Made by a program: the position numbers and the translations under genes. DNA of 64,000 nucleotides from Planctomycetota bacterium (GTDB lineage Bacteria > Planctomycetota > UBA8108 > SXIK01), in NCBI GenBank assembly GCA_965223265.1, contig OZ244999.1, positions 8,800,001 to 8,864,000 on the forward strand. Direction: 5' to 3'. Each line of letters opens with the position of its first letter. Within the stretch, counting starts at the first letter, position 1. Positions 38,634 to 50,127 of this stretch are shown here, one piece after another. The notes under the pieces are model-generated. The model had not been told where the DNA came from. It did no database searches and saw nothing but the letters and a program-made list of their open reading frames with translations.

Positions 38634-40160
38634 TCAGCTTGCGCCTTTGTCGAGCAGCCCCTTTGCCACGGCCGCGTGCGTCAGCGATGGATCCGTCAGC
38701 GTTTCTTCGCGGCCGGAATGCTCGTACGTCAGCGTCTCGTGGTTAATCCCCAGTTGGTGCAGGATCGTCGCGTGGAGGTCCGCAACGCTGACTCGATCGA
38801 CCGCGGCGCGGTAGCCGACCTCGTCAGTCGCGCCGTGAATGTGGCCGCGCCGAAAGCCGCCGCCGGCGACCCAGAGAGAAAAAGCGTTGCGGTTGTGATC
38901 CCGCCCGGTGCCGTTTTGCGACACGGGTAGCCGCCCGAACTCACCGGACCAAAGGACAATCGTGCTGTCGAGAAGGCCGCGCTCTTTGAGATCGCGGACG
39001 AGACCTGCTGCCGGGAGATCTGTCTCACCGCAGATGTCGTCGAGACCTGAGCGCGTCTTGTTGTGGGTGTCCCACGGTTGGAACGGCTTCGGATGCACCT
39101 GCACGAAACGCACCCCAAGCTCGACGAGTTTGCGGGCCATCAGACAGCGTAGGCCGTAGCTTCTCGTCTTTGCATCATCGAGGCCGTAGAGGCGGCGGAC
39201 TTCTTCGGTTTCATTCGAGAGATCCAGAACGCGAGCCGCCTCGAGCTGCATGCGCGCGGCGAGCTCGTAGTTTTGGATTCGTGTCTCGAGATCGCTCTCC
39301 AGCGGAAATCGTCTCTGATGGAGACGATTGAGCGAGGCCAGAAAGTCGAGATTGCGGCGTTGTTCCTCGGGTAACTGCTGGCGCGCGGGTCGCAGATTGA
39401 GGATTGGAGAGCCTTCGGAACTGAACTCCGTGCCGCGGAAGAGAGCAGGCAACCAGCCGGAAGTCCACGTCAGGGTGCCGCTGGTGTTGTATCCCTTCGG
39501 GTCACGGAGGACGACGTACGCGGGGAGACTTTGGTTTTCGGTCCCGAGCGCGTAGGTGATCCATGATCCGAACGTCGGCCTGCCCTGAAAGATCTTTCCC
39601 GTCATGAACATGACGAGACCTTCTGTGTGGTTGTTGTGCCCCGTGTGCATGGATCGAACGAGACAGAGATCGTCTGCAACGCTTCCGATGTGCGGGATCA
39701 CGTCAGCCAGCTGCATCCCACATTTCCCGTAGCGCTGAAATCTGAATGGACTCCCCAGGAGCCGATTCTCCTCGCTTCCAGCCTGAAACATCTCGACCTT
39801 GATCGAGTGCTGCTTGCCGTTGTAGCGGGTCAGTTCCGGCTTTGGATCGAAGAGATCCATCTGACTCGGACCGCCGTTCTGCATCATCAGGATGACGGCT
39901 TTCGCCTGCGGCTGAAAATGCGGTGACTTCGGTTCCATGCCGAAAGCCTCCGCGGAGCTTCCGACGGAGTCTGCGGCTCGAGCGTTGCGTGGCGCGTCAG
40001 CCGCACCGAGATAGTCCAGAGCGATTCCACCCAACCCGAGTCCCGTGAGAAGGCCGGAGCGCAGTAGGTCTCGCCGAGTTGGGAGGAGCGTCGATGGAGA
40101 GCTCTTTGCCTCGTCGGGCTCGCAGGTTGGAGCCGTGTCGACTCTCGGTTCACTGGACAT
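38634..40160 (-). CDS. DUF1501 domain protein
   Basis: Tat-like [34 protein letters not shown]. Confidence 0.93.
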   Translation of the reverse strand: MSSEPRVDTAPTCEPDEAKSSPSTLLPTRRDLLRSGLLTGLGLGGIALDYLGAADAPRNARAADSVGSSAEAFGMEPKSPHFQPQAKAVILMMQNGGPSQMDLFDPKPELTRYNGKQHSIKVEMFQAGSEENRLLGSPFRFQRYGKCGMQLADVIPHIGSVADDLCLVRSMHTGHNNHTEGLVMFMTGKIFQGRPTFGSWITYALGTENQSLPAYVVLRDPKGYNTSGTLTWTSGWLPALFRGTEFSSEGSPILNLRPARQQLPEEQRRNLDFLASLNRLHQRRFPLESDLETRIQNYELAARMQLEAARVLDLSNETEEVRRLYGLDDAKTRSYGLRCLMARKLVELGVRFVQVHPKPFQPWDTHNKTRSGLDDICGETDLPAAGLVRDLKERGLLDSTIVLWSGEFGRLPVSQNGTGRDHNRNAFSLWVAGGGFRRGHIHGATDEVGYRAAVDRVSVADLHATILHQLGINHETLTYEHSGREETLTDPSLTHAAVAKGLLDKGAS

Positions 40161-42969
40161 AGAGAAACTCACTCGCGTTTAGGAGCATGTGACAAAGGTT
40201 GGTGAGAGCTCTCAGCGACCGTTCCTCGACGGGAACATTATTCGCCTCGAATTGGATCAGATGCTGGCGTATCAGCTGCCGACTCAGACGACGCTCTTCC
40301 GCCGTCGGGGAGCGGCTGAGCGCGAGTCGGAAGCAGGTCGCGATGCGGCGGTCGGGATCCGAGCCAGCGAACGCCGCGGCGCGTGCCGCGAAACGCTCCG
40401 CCTGCGTCATCGTGAACTCGCCATTGAGCATGGTGAGCGACTGCAAGACGACCGCCGATGGGACGCGTCGAGTGCAGTTGTGCGCGACGAGCGGCTGGTC
40501 GAAGACGTTGAGCTCTGTGAGGTGATAGTTGCGACGCGCGAAGATGTAGACGCTGCGGCGGTGAGCGTCCTGAGGTGAAGCTAAAGATTTCGTGTCGATC
40601 AAGACACTACCGTCAGGCTTCGGATCGAGAGGGATCGGCGGTCCGCCCAGCTTCGGCGCAAGCATTCCGGCGACGGTGAGGACAGCGTCACGGACTGCTT
40701 CCGATTCCAGGCGTCTCAACGGCATGCGCCACAAAAGACGATTTTCAGGATCGACGCGCTGCGGATCGACTTTGCTGAGGTTGACCTCGCTGGAGCTGAC
40801 CTCGCCTTGCCCTCCTCGACGAGTTCCGGCGGTGCTGAGCGCGTTGAAGTCTCGTGTTTTGGGCGTGGCCGGTGCGACCGCAGACCTCTGTGCGATCGGC
40901 GGGGTACCTTCTGCGCGGCGGCGGCGCGAAGTCTGCCGGTAGACGCTCGACGTCACGATGGTGCGGTGCAGTCGTTTGAGACTCCAGCCGCCGCGAATGA
41001 ATTCGGTTGCCAACCAGTCGAGAAGTTGAGGATGCGTCGGTTGTGCCCCTGAACGACCGAAGTTTGAGGTCGTCGCAACGAGGCCACGCCCGAAGAGGTG
41101 CTGCCAGACACGGTTGACAAAGACGCGCGCCGTCAGAGGGTGGCGCGGATGGGCGAGCCATCGCGCAAGAGCCTGCCTTCGACCTGTCGTGTTCCCGGCT
41201 GCTTCGTTCGACGGCGGGACAAACCGTGCGTGAGTATTCAGCACCGTGGGTACTCCAGGATCGACCGCTGGACCGGGCGTCTCGAAGACTCCCCGCCGGT
41301 AGAGATACGCGTCCGGGTTGCCGACGTCCCACAGAGCCTGAATTCTTCCGTAAGTCTGTTTACGCGCTTCGAGGTCTCCAGCTCGTATCTGCAGAGCATC
41401 GATCTCCGCACGCACCCGCGATTCGAGGCGCGCGTCGATCTCCTTTGCGGTAACCGCAAGTCGGGGGCCGAATTTTTCCACCAAGTATTTTTGCACGGCG
41501 CTGCGCTTCTTTGCATCGGTCGCCAGCGCCTCGCGCGTGTCATCGCGCAGCTGCTCGGGCACCTCCGCGAGTTTAGATCCCAGCAGCTCCGCCCGCACGG
41601 GGCGCCGTATTGACTCGATCGACTCTTTCGCCTGCGCGATGGCTTCATCCAGTCGTTTGTTGTCGGCGTCGATCGTCGCTCTCTCCGCGTCTGCGACATC
41701 GAACAAGAAGCGTTCCTTGGCATGTTGCCAATTCTGTGGGTCGTAGGCAGGCATGAACAATGCCGCGAACCGATAGTAATCGGCGTGTGAGATCGGGTCG
41801 AACTTGTGTGTATGGCACTGGGCGCAGTGAAGGGTCAGTCCGAGGACGTTTGTGCTGACGAGCTGAACAGTGTCGAAAAGCACCTGCGTGCGGATATCCG
41901 CCGTGTTGAGCTCCGGCGAGCCGGTGTCGTCGGCCGCTTGTCGTAGGAATCCCGTTGCGACGAGATGGCGGTTCACTTCCGCGGTGCGGAGATCCGACTG
42001 CTGCCAGTCAACGATGTCGGTCCCAGCGAGCTGTTCGAGAAGGAATCGGTCATACGGTAGATCGGCGTTGTATGCATCGATGACGTAGTCCCGGTACCGC
42101 CAAATGCCATCGCGTGGAATCATAAACGAGTCGTTGTCGGCGCCGATCGTATCGACATACCCTGCCGCGTCGAGCCAATGGCGTCCCCAGCGCTCGCCGT
42201 AGTGGGGCGAGGCGAGGAGGCGATCAACAACGAGCACGTACGCCTCGGAGGATGTATCGGTGAGAAAGGCGTCAAGCTCGTCCAGGGGCGGCGGTAGGCC
42301 TACAAGGTCGTAATAAAGGCGCCGCATGAGCGTTTCCTTGTCAGCCTCGGGGGAGAGGTTCAGACCTTGCTCCTCCAATCGACGGAGGACGAATGCATCC
42401 ACAGGAGTGCGCGCGCGTTCCGCGGCGGCGACGTTCGGAACGTCGGGACGCCGTGGCTCTTGAAATGCCCACCAACTATGGTCTTCAGCGGAGAGTGGCG
42501 GCGACTCGCGCTGGCTCAGAGGTCGAGCGCGGTACTGAGCTGGTGCGCCGGCGTCGATCCAGGCGCGAATCGTCTCACGATGCGCAGGGGTTGGTTTCAC
42601 CGGTGAGTAGATCACGTTTGATTGTGTCGCCTTGTCCGGCGGCATCTCTCCGGCGGTGATCTTTTGGTACAGCACACTCTTTTCAGCTGCTCCCGGGACG
42701 ATGACGGCTCCGTTCTCACCGCCGCGCAGAATGAGCGGCAGCGTACGAAGGTCGAGGCCTGAGGCTCGGCCGCCGCTGCCGTGGCACGACCAACAGTAGG
42801 TACGAAGAATCGGTGCAACGTTGGTCTCGAAAAGCGGAGTGGCGCTCGCTGCCGTCTGAGTGTCCGGGGACGCATCGAGTCGAGGAGCCGCTGGGACATC
42901 AAGACTGACCCATATCGCCACGAGGGCGAACGGCGAGAGCAAATTGTGGCGCCGGGTGCGGCGTTGCAT
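40150..42969 (-). CDS. DUF1549/DUF1553 (PSD1) protein with planctomycete cytochrome c domain
   Basis: CWSCH, YGERWGRHWLD, CAQCHTHKFDP, RVFVNRVWQHLFGRG, PTHPQLLDWLA. Confidence 0.94.
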   Translation of the reverse strand: MQRRTRRHNLLSPFALVAIWVSLDVPAAPRLDASPDTQTAASATPLFETNVAPILRTYCWSCHGSGGRASGLDLRTLPLILRGGENGAVIVPGAAEKSVLYQKITAGEMPPDKATQSNVIYSPVKPTPAHRETIRAWIDAGAPAQYRARPLSQRESPPLSAEDHSWWAFQEPRRPDVPNVAAAERARTPVDAFVLRRLEEQGLNLSPEADKETLMRRLYYDLVGLPPPLDELDAFLTDTSSEAYVLVVDRLLASPHYGERWGRHWLDAAGYVDTIGADNDSFMIPRDGIWRYRDYVIDAYNADLPYDRFLLEQLAGTDIVDWQQSDLRTAEVNRHLVATGFLRQAADDTGSPELNTADIRTQVLFDTVQLVSTNVLGLTLHCAQCHTHKFDPISHADYYRFAALFMPAYDPQNWQHAKERFLFDVADAERATIDADNKRLDEAIAQAKESIESIRRPVRAELLGSKLAEVPEQLRDDTREALATDAKKRSAVQKYLVEKFGPRLAVTAKEIDARLESRVRAEIDALQIRAGDLEARKQTYGRIQALWDVGNPDAYLYRRGVFETPGPAVDPGVPTVLNTHARFVPPSNEAAGNTTGRRQALARWLAHPRHPLTARVFVNRVWQHLFGRGLVATTSNFGRSGAQPTHPQLLDWLATEFIRGGWSLKRLHRTIVTSSVYRQTSRRRRAEGTPPIAQRSAVAPATPKTRDFNALSTAGTRRGGQGEVSSSEVNLSKVDPQRVDPENRLLWRMPLRRLESEAVRDAVLTVAGMLAPKLGGPPIPLDPKPDGSVLIDTKSLASPQDAHRRSVYIFARRNYHLTELNVFDQPLVAHNCTRRVPSAVVLQSLTMLNGEFTMTQAERFAARAAAFAGSDPDRRIATCFRLALSRSPTAEERRLSRQLIRQHLIQFEANNVPVEERSLRALTNLCHMLLNASEFLYVQ

Positions 42970-43326
42970 ACACTCCTCCGCGGCAGGGATCTTCTTCCCG
43001 TGTGATCGCAGCGGGCGGCAGACATCTGGTACTCATCGTGCGCGGACGTCCAAGCCTTGGCAAGCGAAGAGTTTTCGGCGCGCCACAGGACGGGGCGTGT
43101 GCCGGCAAACACGTTCAAGAGTTCAGCGGACGACGCGGTTTGGCCAGCGAACATTCCCCAGCGCCCGTTGAATGTCGCCTTCCATCTCTGATATATGAGG
43201 AGGTCCGCAGGTCACGACGATTCTTGCCCGTTTTTGCCTCTTTTGGCGATCGGGAGATCGCCGTCGAAGGCGTCCGATCGGCCAGCCTGCACGGCCGCGA
43301 TCCACGTTGCCCACTGGAGGACTTGT

Positions 43327-44238
43327 GTGACTCCCGAACCCGATCAATCCGCCCCGTTGCCGGGCGCCCGTCCGGTGCCGAGCCCGTATCTCGTGCCGTT
43401 CGACGGTACGTTTCAGATCTCCTCAGCCCCGACCGAGCCGCCGGAGGACGCGCCGGGTAAGTCCGAGTGCGGTAAGCGCCTCAAGCGTCTTATTCGACGC
43501 ATGCGTGAGCACCAACGTCAACTCTACGCGAGCGATCGCTTCGCGCTCCTCTGCGTCTTTCAGGCGCTCGATGCCGCCGGGAAAGACTCGACGATCCGAG
43601 CTGTAACGCGCGGAATCAATCCCGCGGGCTTTCAGGTCTTTTCCTTCAAGCAACCATCGCGTGAAGAGCTGGATCACGATTTCTTGTGGCGTACCGCCAA
43701 GTGTACGCCTGAGCGTGGTCGCGTCGGCATCTTTAACAGGAGTTACTACGAAGAGGTCCTTGTTGTTCGCGTTCATCCATCCTACCTGGAGGGACAGCGA
43801 CTGCCATCGACCGACGATCTCGACGCGCTTTGGCAGGAGCGTTTCGAATCGATCCGTGAACATGAGAGGCATCTGAGCCGCTCCGGCACCGTCGTTCTGA
43901 AGTTTTGGCTCAACGTCTCGAAAGAGGAACAACGGCAGCGTTTTCTTGCACGGATCGACGAGCCCGAAAAAAACTGGAAGTTCTCGATGGGCGATGTGCA
44001 CGAGCGGAATCATTGGGACTCCTACATGGAAGCCTATGAGGCAGCTCTGAACGCCACGTCGCGGCCGTTCGCGCCGTGGTACGCGATCCCTGCCGACTCG
44101 AAACCATTCATGCGCCTTCAAGTCGCTGAGATCATCGAAGGCGCTTTGACACAGCTCGGCCTGGAGTATCCTCAACTCGACGGTGAAGCGAAATCCGAGC
44201 TGCAGGCGATGCGAGACGTTCTCGAACGTGAGGAGTGA
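43327..44238 (+). CDS. Polyphosphate kinase 2 family polyphosphate:nucleotide phosphotransferase
   Basis: QALDAAGKDS, FNRSYYEEVL, KNWKFS, APWYAIPAD. GGAGG RBS. Confidence 0.93.
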   Translation: MTPEPDQSAPLPGARPVPSPYLVPFDGTFQISSAPTEPPEDAPGKSECGKRLKRLIRRMREHQRQLYASDRFALLCVFQALDAAGKDSTIRAVTRGINPAGFQVFSFKQPSREELDHDFLWRTAKCTPERGRVGIFNRSYYEEVLVVRVHPSYLEGQRLPSTDDLDALWQERFESIREHERHLSRSGTVVLKFWLNVSKEEQRQRFLARIDEPEKNWKFSMGDVHERNHWDSYMEAYEAALNATSRPFAPWYAIPADSKPFMRLQVAEIIEGALTQLGLEYPQLDGEAKSELQAMRDVLEREE

Positions 44239-44621
44239 TGGTCTTTTCCAAGGCACAAACAGTGGATGAGTACCTTGCGCAACTCAGTGGCGAGCGTCGG
44301 CAAGCCCTTGCCGCGCTACGAGAGATCGTCCAATCGACGGTGCCAAACGCAACCGAGACGATGACCTACGGCATGCCGACATACTTCGTCGACCCACCAC
44401 CGGCGAAACCTTTTTGCTCGTTCGCGTCGCAAAAGAACTACATGGCGCTCTACATCTGTGATACGGACCTGCTTGCGGCGCGTCGAGCTGAGTTTGATGG
44501 GATGAGTGTGGGAAAAAGTTGCGTCCGATTTGGCGCGTTGGATGAGCTACCGCTCGACGTCGTCGAGACGCTCGTGGGGCAGGCAGCGAAGAAGACCAGA
44601 GACGAAAACAATACGAACTGA
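44238..44621 (+). CDS. DUF1801 (YdhG-like) protein
   Basis: TVDEYL, YGMPTY, FASQKNYMALY, GKSCVRF. Confidence 0.85.
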   Translation: MVFSKAQTVDEYLAQLSGERRQALAALREIVQSTVPNATETMTYGMPTYFVDPPPAKPFCSFASQKNYMALYICDTDLLAARRAEFDGMSVGKSCVRFGALDELPLDVVETLVGQAAKKTRDENNTN

Positions 44622-44631
44622 GGATGGTGAC

Positions 44632-45432
44632 GTGAATCCAGACGCAATCCAGTCGGCCGCGAAAATTCTCTGGGACGCATGGAAGGAGCGTCGGACGATC
44701 GCTCAACTGCCGACCGACTGCCGCCCGCTCACGCGCGTCGACGCCTACACGATTCAAGAGGCGGTGGTCGAACACGCGGGAGACGCCACCTTCGGCTGGA
44801 AGATCGCGGCAACGAGTACCGCCGGGCAGGCTCACATCGGCGTCGATGGACCTTTGGCTGGCCGTCTCTTGAAACGTACCGTTTTGAGAAGCAGTGGGGG
44901 CGGTGCCGAGGCAGTGTCGCTCGCGGGAAACACCATGCTGGTTTCGGAGGCGGAGTTCGCATTTCGTCTTGGGCGCGACTTGCCGCCGCGGGCCGAAGAG
45001 TACTCGGTGGACGAGGTGATGGCCGCGGTCACAGCGCTCTACCCCGCCATCGAGATACCGGATTCTCGCTTCGAAGATTTTGTTGCCGTCGGGGCAGAGC
45101 AACTGATCGCAGACAATGCCTGTGCGTGTGCATTTGTGCTAGGCCCTGAGTCCCCGGAGGTGTGGCGTCAGATTGATCTCGCCGCGCACCCCGCGTCCAT
45201 GGCAAAGAGCGGTGAAACCGTGGCTGAAGGTGGTGGCGCTAACGTCCTCGGTGATCCGCGTGTTGCACTTACCTGGCTCGTCAACGAGTTGGCGCGTTTC
45301 GCCGGCGGCGTTCGCGCGGGCGAAGTCGTTACCACCGGAACGTGCGTCGCTCCAGTGAAGATCGCCTCAGGTGACATGCTGCGCGCAGATTTCGGCGAGC
45401 TCGGTACCGTGGATGTGCAACTCGTCGGTTGA
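44632..45432 (+). CDS. 2-keto-4-pentenoate hydratase / FAH family
   Basis: AYTIQ, GWKIA, EAEFAF, AIEIPDSR, IADNA, VTTGT. Confidence 0.9.
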   Translation: MNPDAIQSAAKILWDAWKERRTIAQLPTDCRPLTRVDAYTIQEAVVEHAGDATFGWKIAATSTAGQAHIGVDGPLAGRLLKRTVLRSSGGGAEAVSLAGNTMLVSEAEFAFRLGRDLPPRAEEYSVDEVMAAVTALYPAIEIPDSRFEDFVAVGAEQLIADNACACAFVLGPESPEVWRQIDLAAHPASMAKSGETVAEGGGANVLGDPRVALTWLVNELARFAGGVRAGEVVTTGTCVAPVKIASGDMLRADFGELGTVDVQLVG

Positions 45433-45521
45433 CGCCTTCGCAGCGTGAGGATCGCCGCTCAGATCAACCTTTGATTTTCGAGGCGGTGTCTGTGCTTTGG
45501 AGCGCGAGCGACGAGTCCTTG

Positions 45522-46019
45522 TCAGTCGCGGAGTTGATCGACGGTCTCGAACACTCGATAGCCGTAGTGCCGCATTCCCAAGCGTTCGTACGTTTCGATG
45601 GCACGATCATTGTGCGCGTGCGCATAGAGGCGGACACCACAGCAACCTTGCGCGCGTGAGAGCTGTTCGATGTGGCGAAAAAGAGTCTTGAAGACGCCGC
45701 AGCGGCGATTGGAAGCATGCACGTAGACGCTTTGAATCCAGAAGAACAAACCGTCGCGCCAGTCGCTCCATTCGTAGGTGATCATGAGCATGCCGATCAC
45801 GTCGCCATCGATCTCGGCAACGAAGTAGCGGCCCTTGTCGCCGTCGGCGAGCACACGTGCGACGCCGCGCTCGACTACGGACGGGTCGAGCTCAAGTTCC
45901 TCCGTCTCCCAGGCGAGCGCGCAGTTGAACTCCACGAGACGCGCGGTGTCGTCGGTCCGGGCGTCACGAATGTGAAACGAACGGTCAGCATCGAAAGCCC
46001 CGGTCTCGCTTGGCGCCAT
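45522..46019 (-). CDS. GNAT family N-acetyltransferase
   Basis: TYEWSDWRDG, WIQSVYV...RRCGVF. AGGAGG RBS. Confidence 0.9.
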   Translation of the reverse strand: MAPSETGAFDADRSFHIRDARTDDTARLVEFNCALAWETEELELDPSVVERGVARVLADGDKGRYFVAEIDGDVIGMLMITYEWSDWRDGLFFWIQSVYVHASNRRCGVFKTLFRHIEQLSRAQGCCGVRLYAHAHNDRAIETYERLGMRHYGYRVFETVDQLRD

Positions 46020-46078
46020 GCGACCCTCCTCCTTTTACTGTGGGATGCGACCGCCGCATATGCATCACCGGCGGCGAA

Positions 46079-49000
46079 TCAGTTGGCCTGGAGTCGCTGC
46101 TGGAGCGCTTGGATCCTCGCGTGAGCGTTCTTGCTCTCTGGATTTTCCTCCAGAGCGGCGCGATAGTCCTTGAGCGCTTCCTGATGTTGCCCGAGTCGCT
46201 CCTGCGTGAACCCGCGATTTTCGTAGATTTGACTCCGAAGTTGTCGGTTGCTCGTCAGCGTCAAGGCATGGTTGAACAGGCGTATGCCTTCGTTGGGTCG
46301 ATGGCTCGCCGCGTAGAGAATACCGAGAAGTTCGCTCAGCTGAGCGTCGTTCGGGCTCGATTTCGCGATCGCCTCAACAGCTGGAATCGCTTCAGCCTGT
46401 TTTCCGAGCTCGAGTGCCAGTCGACCATAACGAAGGACTACGGAGAGATCGCTTCCGCTTACGTAGCTGCCGGCGAGATTGAAAAAGTTGGTTCGCAGGT
46501 CAGCGCGCATTCCCTGCGTCGCAGCGGTCGAGACAAAGAACCTGGCTAAGGTCGCTCGCAGAGTCGGTGCCGGCTGCACTCCAAACATCGCTGCTGCGAG
46601 CTGATTGGCGCGACTCTCGAGCCATGGATCGTTGATCGCGCGCAAGCTTTCCGCGACGGAAGTTATGGCGCCAATCTGTTCTTGAGCCCTGCGAAAGAGA
46701 TCCTCGGTGGCCGGGTTCTTCTTCTGACGTCGCATGCGCTCTACATCCTGGCGCAGTCGATACTCTGCTTCGCGTGCGACCTGGTATCGGAGGAACGTCT
46801 CCTGGAGGGCGTTCGCTCGTGCGACGTCATCGTCGGAGACGCCATTCAGCCAGGTCCTGTCGAGCGGCGAACGACCGATCGTGGTGAGGTCACGGTAGGC
46901 ATCAAAGTCATGGCCGTACAGTCCGTACGGACAGGAGAACTCGAGGACAGGAAAGTTGTCCGTGTTAGTTGGACCTTCACCGACGAAGGCGCGGAGCTTG
47001 TCGGCGTTGAGACGAAACTGCTTCAGGAAGGTTGGGATGTCGATGATCCCTAGCGCCTTGAGATCTTTTTGAATGAGAGGGTTCTGCATCATCGATTCGA
47101 GCCGAGCGGCGTCGAATTTGACCGGGCCATTGCTACCGATCAGCATGCAGTCGAGGCCAAGATCCCAAAGCTGTGCGTGATCTCCGAAGACAGCGACGAA
47201 CGTGCGCAAGACGGTTCGAAAGTCTTCTTTGCGCATGTTGATTTTGTGGATCCAGTTGCAGAGAATCCCGCCTTCATTGAGTTTGTCGCGGCATGTCTCG
47301 AAGAATTCGACGGTGAAGAGGTTGCCGATTCCAGCGATCCACGGATTCGAAGGGACTGACGTGATGACGTCGAAGGTTGCCGGCGTATATCCCAAGTGAT
47401 TTCGGCCGTCACCGATGATGTTGCGCACTTTTGGGTTGGCGATGGCATCATGGTTAGACTTCGCAAAAAACACTCGTGCCGCTTCCACCACTTCCGGTGA
47501 AATCTCGAGGCTGTCGATCGTCTCCGGTTCGGGGTAAAGCGTCAAGGTGCCGAGCGTTACGCCGCCACCAAGCCCGAGAGTCGCGACGCGGCGGGGATTC
47601 GAGTGCAGCAGCATGGGCAGATGGCCTGCCATGATCTGGTGCGGCAGGTCGGCGTTGTCATCACCGTCCTTGGCGATCGACGCTTCGACTTTGCCGGAGA
47701 TCCGCATCGCAGTCTCGCCGGTCGTCGGATTGCGAACAATGGCGACTGGCGCGTGGACACCTTCCTGATAGAGAAGGACTTCATTCGATTTGCGCAGGCC
47801 TGCAACGAGGTCTGGGGTCGCTAAGACACTGCCGTCGGAGCGGTAGTAGGCGCCTTTGAAGTACGCATAGGCACCGCGTGCCATGATCGCAGGATCCCAG
47901 TAGTGCTGCTCTGCGCCAAGCACGCGGAATGGCCGAAGTGGAAAGTTGATCGCGACGATGGCCACGACCAGGCCGCCGACAACGGCGACGCGACGCGCGA
48001 GCGACTTCTCGAGCGAGTGAAAGATCACGAAGGCGCCAAGCGCTATGCTCAGGCCGGCACCAATGTAGAGCGTGTAGAACACCTTGCCGAGCAGAGGAAT
48101 CAGCACGAATCCCGAAACCAACGTGCCGAGAATCGATCCGAACGTGTTCCAAAAGTAGGCGCTACCGACGGCGCTGCCGACTTCTTCTACCGCTCGTGTC
48201 CGGATGCGGCCAACGACGGGAAAAACCATCCCCATAGCGACCGTGCACGGCAGAATCACCGCGGAGAGCCAGAATACTTGAATCCCGAGGAACGTGCTGT
48301 AGTCGGGCGTGACGACTTTGTCGAACGCGCGCGCGCCCAGAATCGGGAAGTGGCCAAGAAACGGAATCGTCATGGAGACGAGAGCGCCCGTGGTGAAAAT
48401 GATCGCTCCAAGGAGTCGCAACGGCTGTTGCACACGATCGATAAACAGCGACACCGCGCCACCGCCGATAGCGATGCCGAGAATGAACAAGGTCACAATA
48501 AGGCTGAACGCGTAAGTGCTATTGCCAATCGTCAAGACAATCGCCTTCGTCCAAGCGATTTGCAGCAGCATGTTGACGAAACCGCTCAGGCCGAATGCGA
48601 AAATCGCGATGCGAATGTCAGGCGTCAAGTGTGCCCCGCGCTGCTGAGCCGCGGTCTGCGACCCCGGCAGCTCGACCGGAAGGGGGGATTCCCGGCGCGC
48701 TACCAGCAGGATCAGACAGCCGAGTGCCAGATCGATCGCGACGCCGAGGATCGTGCATCCCCAAAGTCCCAAGTGTGGTATCGCGAAGAATCCGGTCGTC
48801 GCAACGCCGACCACGGCGCCGAGAGTGTTGAGCGTGTAGAGAAGACCAAGAGTTGATCCGACGCTGTCGAGTTGGCGTGTGAAGTAGCGCGACAGTGCCG
48901 GCAGTGTGGCACCCATGAATGTCGTCGGCACGAGCAGAAGCAAGCTGCAAAACGCCAGGCGGGCCGTGAGAAGTGGGGTCGCTTGCGGCTCACCTTCGTA

Positions 49001-49309
49001 GAACTGGTAGAGCCACGCGAACATCGGCCTCCCGGCGTGCGTCAGGAGTGGAACGAGAAGGCACGCGATTCCGGCACCAACCGTGATCAGGCCGTAAAGC
49101 CGGAGAGGCCGCGCCGTGCGATCGGCCAGGCGTCCGCCCAAATAACTACCGATCGCGAGGCCACCCATGAAGACAGCGACCACCATGGTGATCGAGAAGT
49201 GCGTGTTGCCGATGATGTGCCCCATGAACCGGGTCCAAATGACCTGGTAGACGAGGCCAGTGGTTCCCGACAGGAAGAAGCAGAGAAGAGCGAAAAGTCG
49301 GAGGGACAT
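46079..49309 (-). CDS. Fused MFS-like membrane / spermidine synthase-like methyltransferase with C-terminal TPRs
   Basis: FFLSG..LVYQVIW, MGATLP, GLGGGVT, GDGRNHL, PSNPWIAG, TDNFPVLEF. Confidence 0.9.
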   Translation of the reverse strand: MSLRLFALLCFFLSGTTGLVYQVIWTRFMGHIIGNTHFSITMVVAVFMGGLAIGSYLGGRLADRTARPLRLYGLITVGAGIACLLVPLLTHAGRPMFAWLYQFYEGEPQATPLLTARLAFCSLLLLVPTTFMGATLPALSRYFTRQLDSVGSTLGLLYTLNTLGAVVGVATTGFFAIPHLGLWGCTILGVAIDLALGCLILLVARRESPLPVELPGSQTAAQQRGAHLTPDIRIAIFAFGLSGFVNMLLQIAWTKAIVLTIGNSTYAFSLIVTLFILGIAIGGGAVSLFIDRVQQPLRLLGAIIFTTGALVSMTIPFLGHFPILGARAFDKVVTPDYSTFLGIQVFWLSAVILPCTVAMGMVFPVVGRIRTRAVEEVGSAVGSAYFWNTFGSILGTLVSGFVLIPLLGKVFYTLYIGAGLSIALGAFVIFHSLEKSLARRVAVVGGLVVAIVAINFPLRPFRVLGAEQHYWDPAIMARGAYAYFKGAYYRSDGSVLATPDLVAGLRKSNEVLLYQEGVHAPVAIVRNPTTGETAMRISGKVEASIAKDGDDNADLPHQIMAGHLPMLLHSNPRRVATLGLGGGVTLGTLTLYPEPETIDSLEISPEVVEAARVFFAKSNHDAIANPKVRNIIGDGRNHLGYTPATFDVITSVPSNPWIAGIGNLFTVEFFETCRDKLNEGGILCNWIHKINMRKEDFRTVLRTFVAVFGDHAQLWDLGLDCMLIGSNGPVKFDAARLESMMQNPLIQKDLKALGIIDIPTFLKQFRLNADKLRAFVGEGPTNTDNFPVLEFSCPYGLYGHDFDAYRDLTTIGRSPLDRTWLNGVSDDDVARANALQETFLRYQVAREAEYRLRQDVERMRRQKKNPATEDLFRRAQEQIGAITSVAESLRAINDPWLESRANQLAAAMFGVQPAPTLRATLARFFVSTAATQGMRADLRTNFFNLAGSYVSGSDLSVVLRYGRLALELGKQAEAIPAVEAIAKSSPNDAQLSELLGILYAASHRPNEGIRLFNHALTLTSNRQLRSQIYENRGFTQERLGQHQEALKDYRAALEENPESKNAHARIQALQQRLQAN

Positions 49310-49537
49310 CGCATTCGTGCGCGGCTGCGACTGGACGGGAACTCCGTTCGGCCTGGTCAAGTGTCGCGGCGACGCCACCCCGCAGCTCGCAGCGGGACAC
49401 GCGTCGGAGAGGGGCGATCAATCGGTTGATTGTAGCACGAAAGGTACGCCGCGAAAGATGGTTGCTGAATGTTCAGCCCTCGCCGCGCTCCAGCGACAAC
49501 GCAAGGACGGGATTTGCTGACTGGAAGATCTTTGCTG

Positions 49538-49939
49538 TCAAAATGAGCGCGCGCGCTGCCCGAGAGCCGTACGGCGGCGAACACCCAACTTGGTGAAGAT
49601 CGTGCGCAAGTGGGCCGCGACGGTCGCTGGACTGAGCCCCAGAAGATCGGCGATGTCCTTGTTGGTGTGGCCTTCGGCAACGAGCAGCGAGATCTCGCGC
49701 TGGCGTGTCGTCAGCGGCACAGCCTCTTCGACCCGAACGCGTGTCAGCACGTATCGGTAGCCGTCGATCTCTGCCGTGGCGGTCTGAATCACCTGCGCCC
49801 GCGGTCGCACCTTGAGCAGTCTCGGGTGGCGACTGGAGAAACTTTTTAGCCAGCGAGTGAGTGCCGGCTCGAGCTTCTCGTGCAGTTTCGCCAGTGAAGT
49901 CTTTGCGGGCGCGCGTCGCGACCGTTTTCGCTTCGCCAT
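49538..49939 (-). CDS. LuxR-family HTH regulator
   Basis: LTTRQREI..LVAEGHTNKDIA..LGLSPATV..HL..IFTKLGV. AAGGAG RBS. Confidence 0.9.
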   Translation of the reverse strand: MAKRKRSRRAPAKTSLAKLHEKLEPALTRWLKSFSSRHPRLLKVRPRAQVIQTATAEIDGYRYVLTRVRVEEAVPLTTRQREISLLVAEGHTNKDIADLLGLSPATVAAHLRTIFTKLGVRRRTALGQRARSF

Positions 49940-50127
49940 GAAAGCTCCTTGGGCATAGCCTCACGAAGGACCGTTACGCGCCGCGCTGGCCGAAAGCCGT
50001 GATTCTCGGCGCGAACTCGATCAACTCGACAGAACGGGTCTCGAAACAGGGGCTCGCCCTCGGGCTCGTGGCCGAAGCCATGGATCAGCGGCGGCCCGTG
50101 TGTGCCAGCGAGCTCCCGGACACAACT

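Noticed and set aside
40770-40930. Low-complexity insertion in the DUF1553 protein
   Set aside because: Falls in a loop that is normally variable in this family, with no intein or mobile-element hallmarks.
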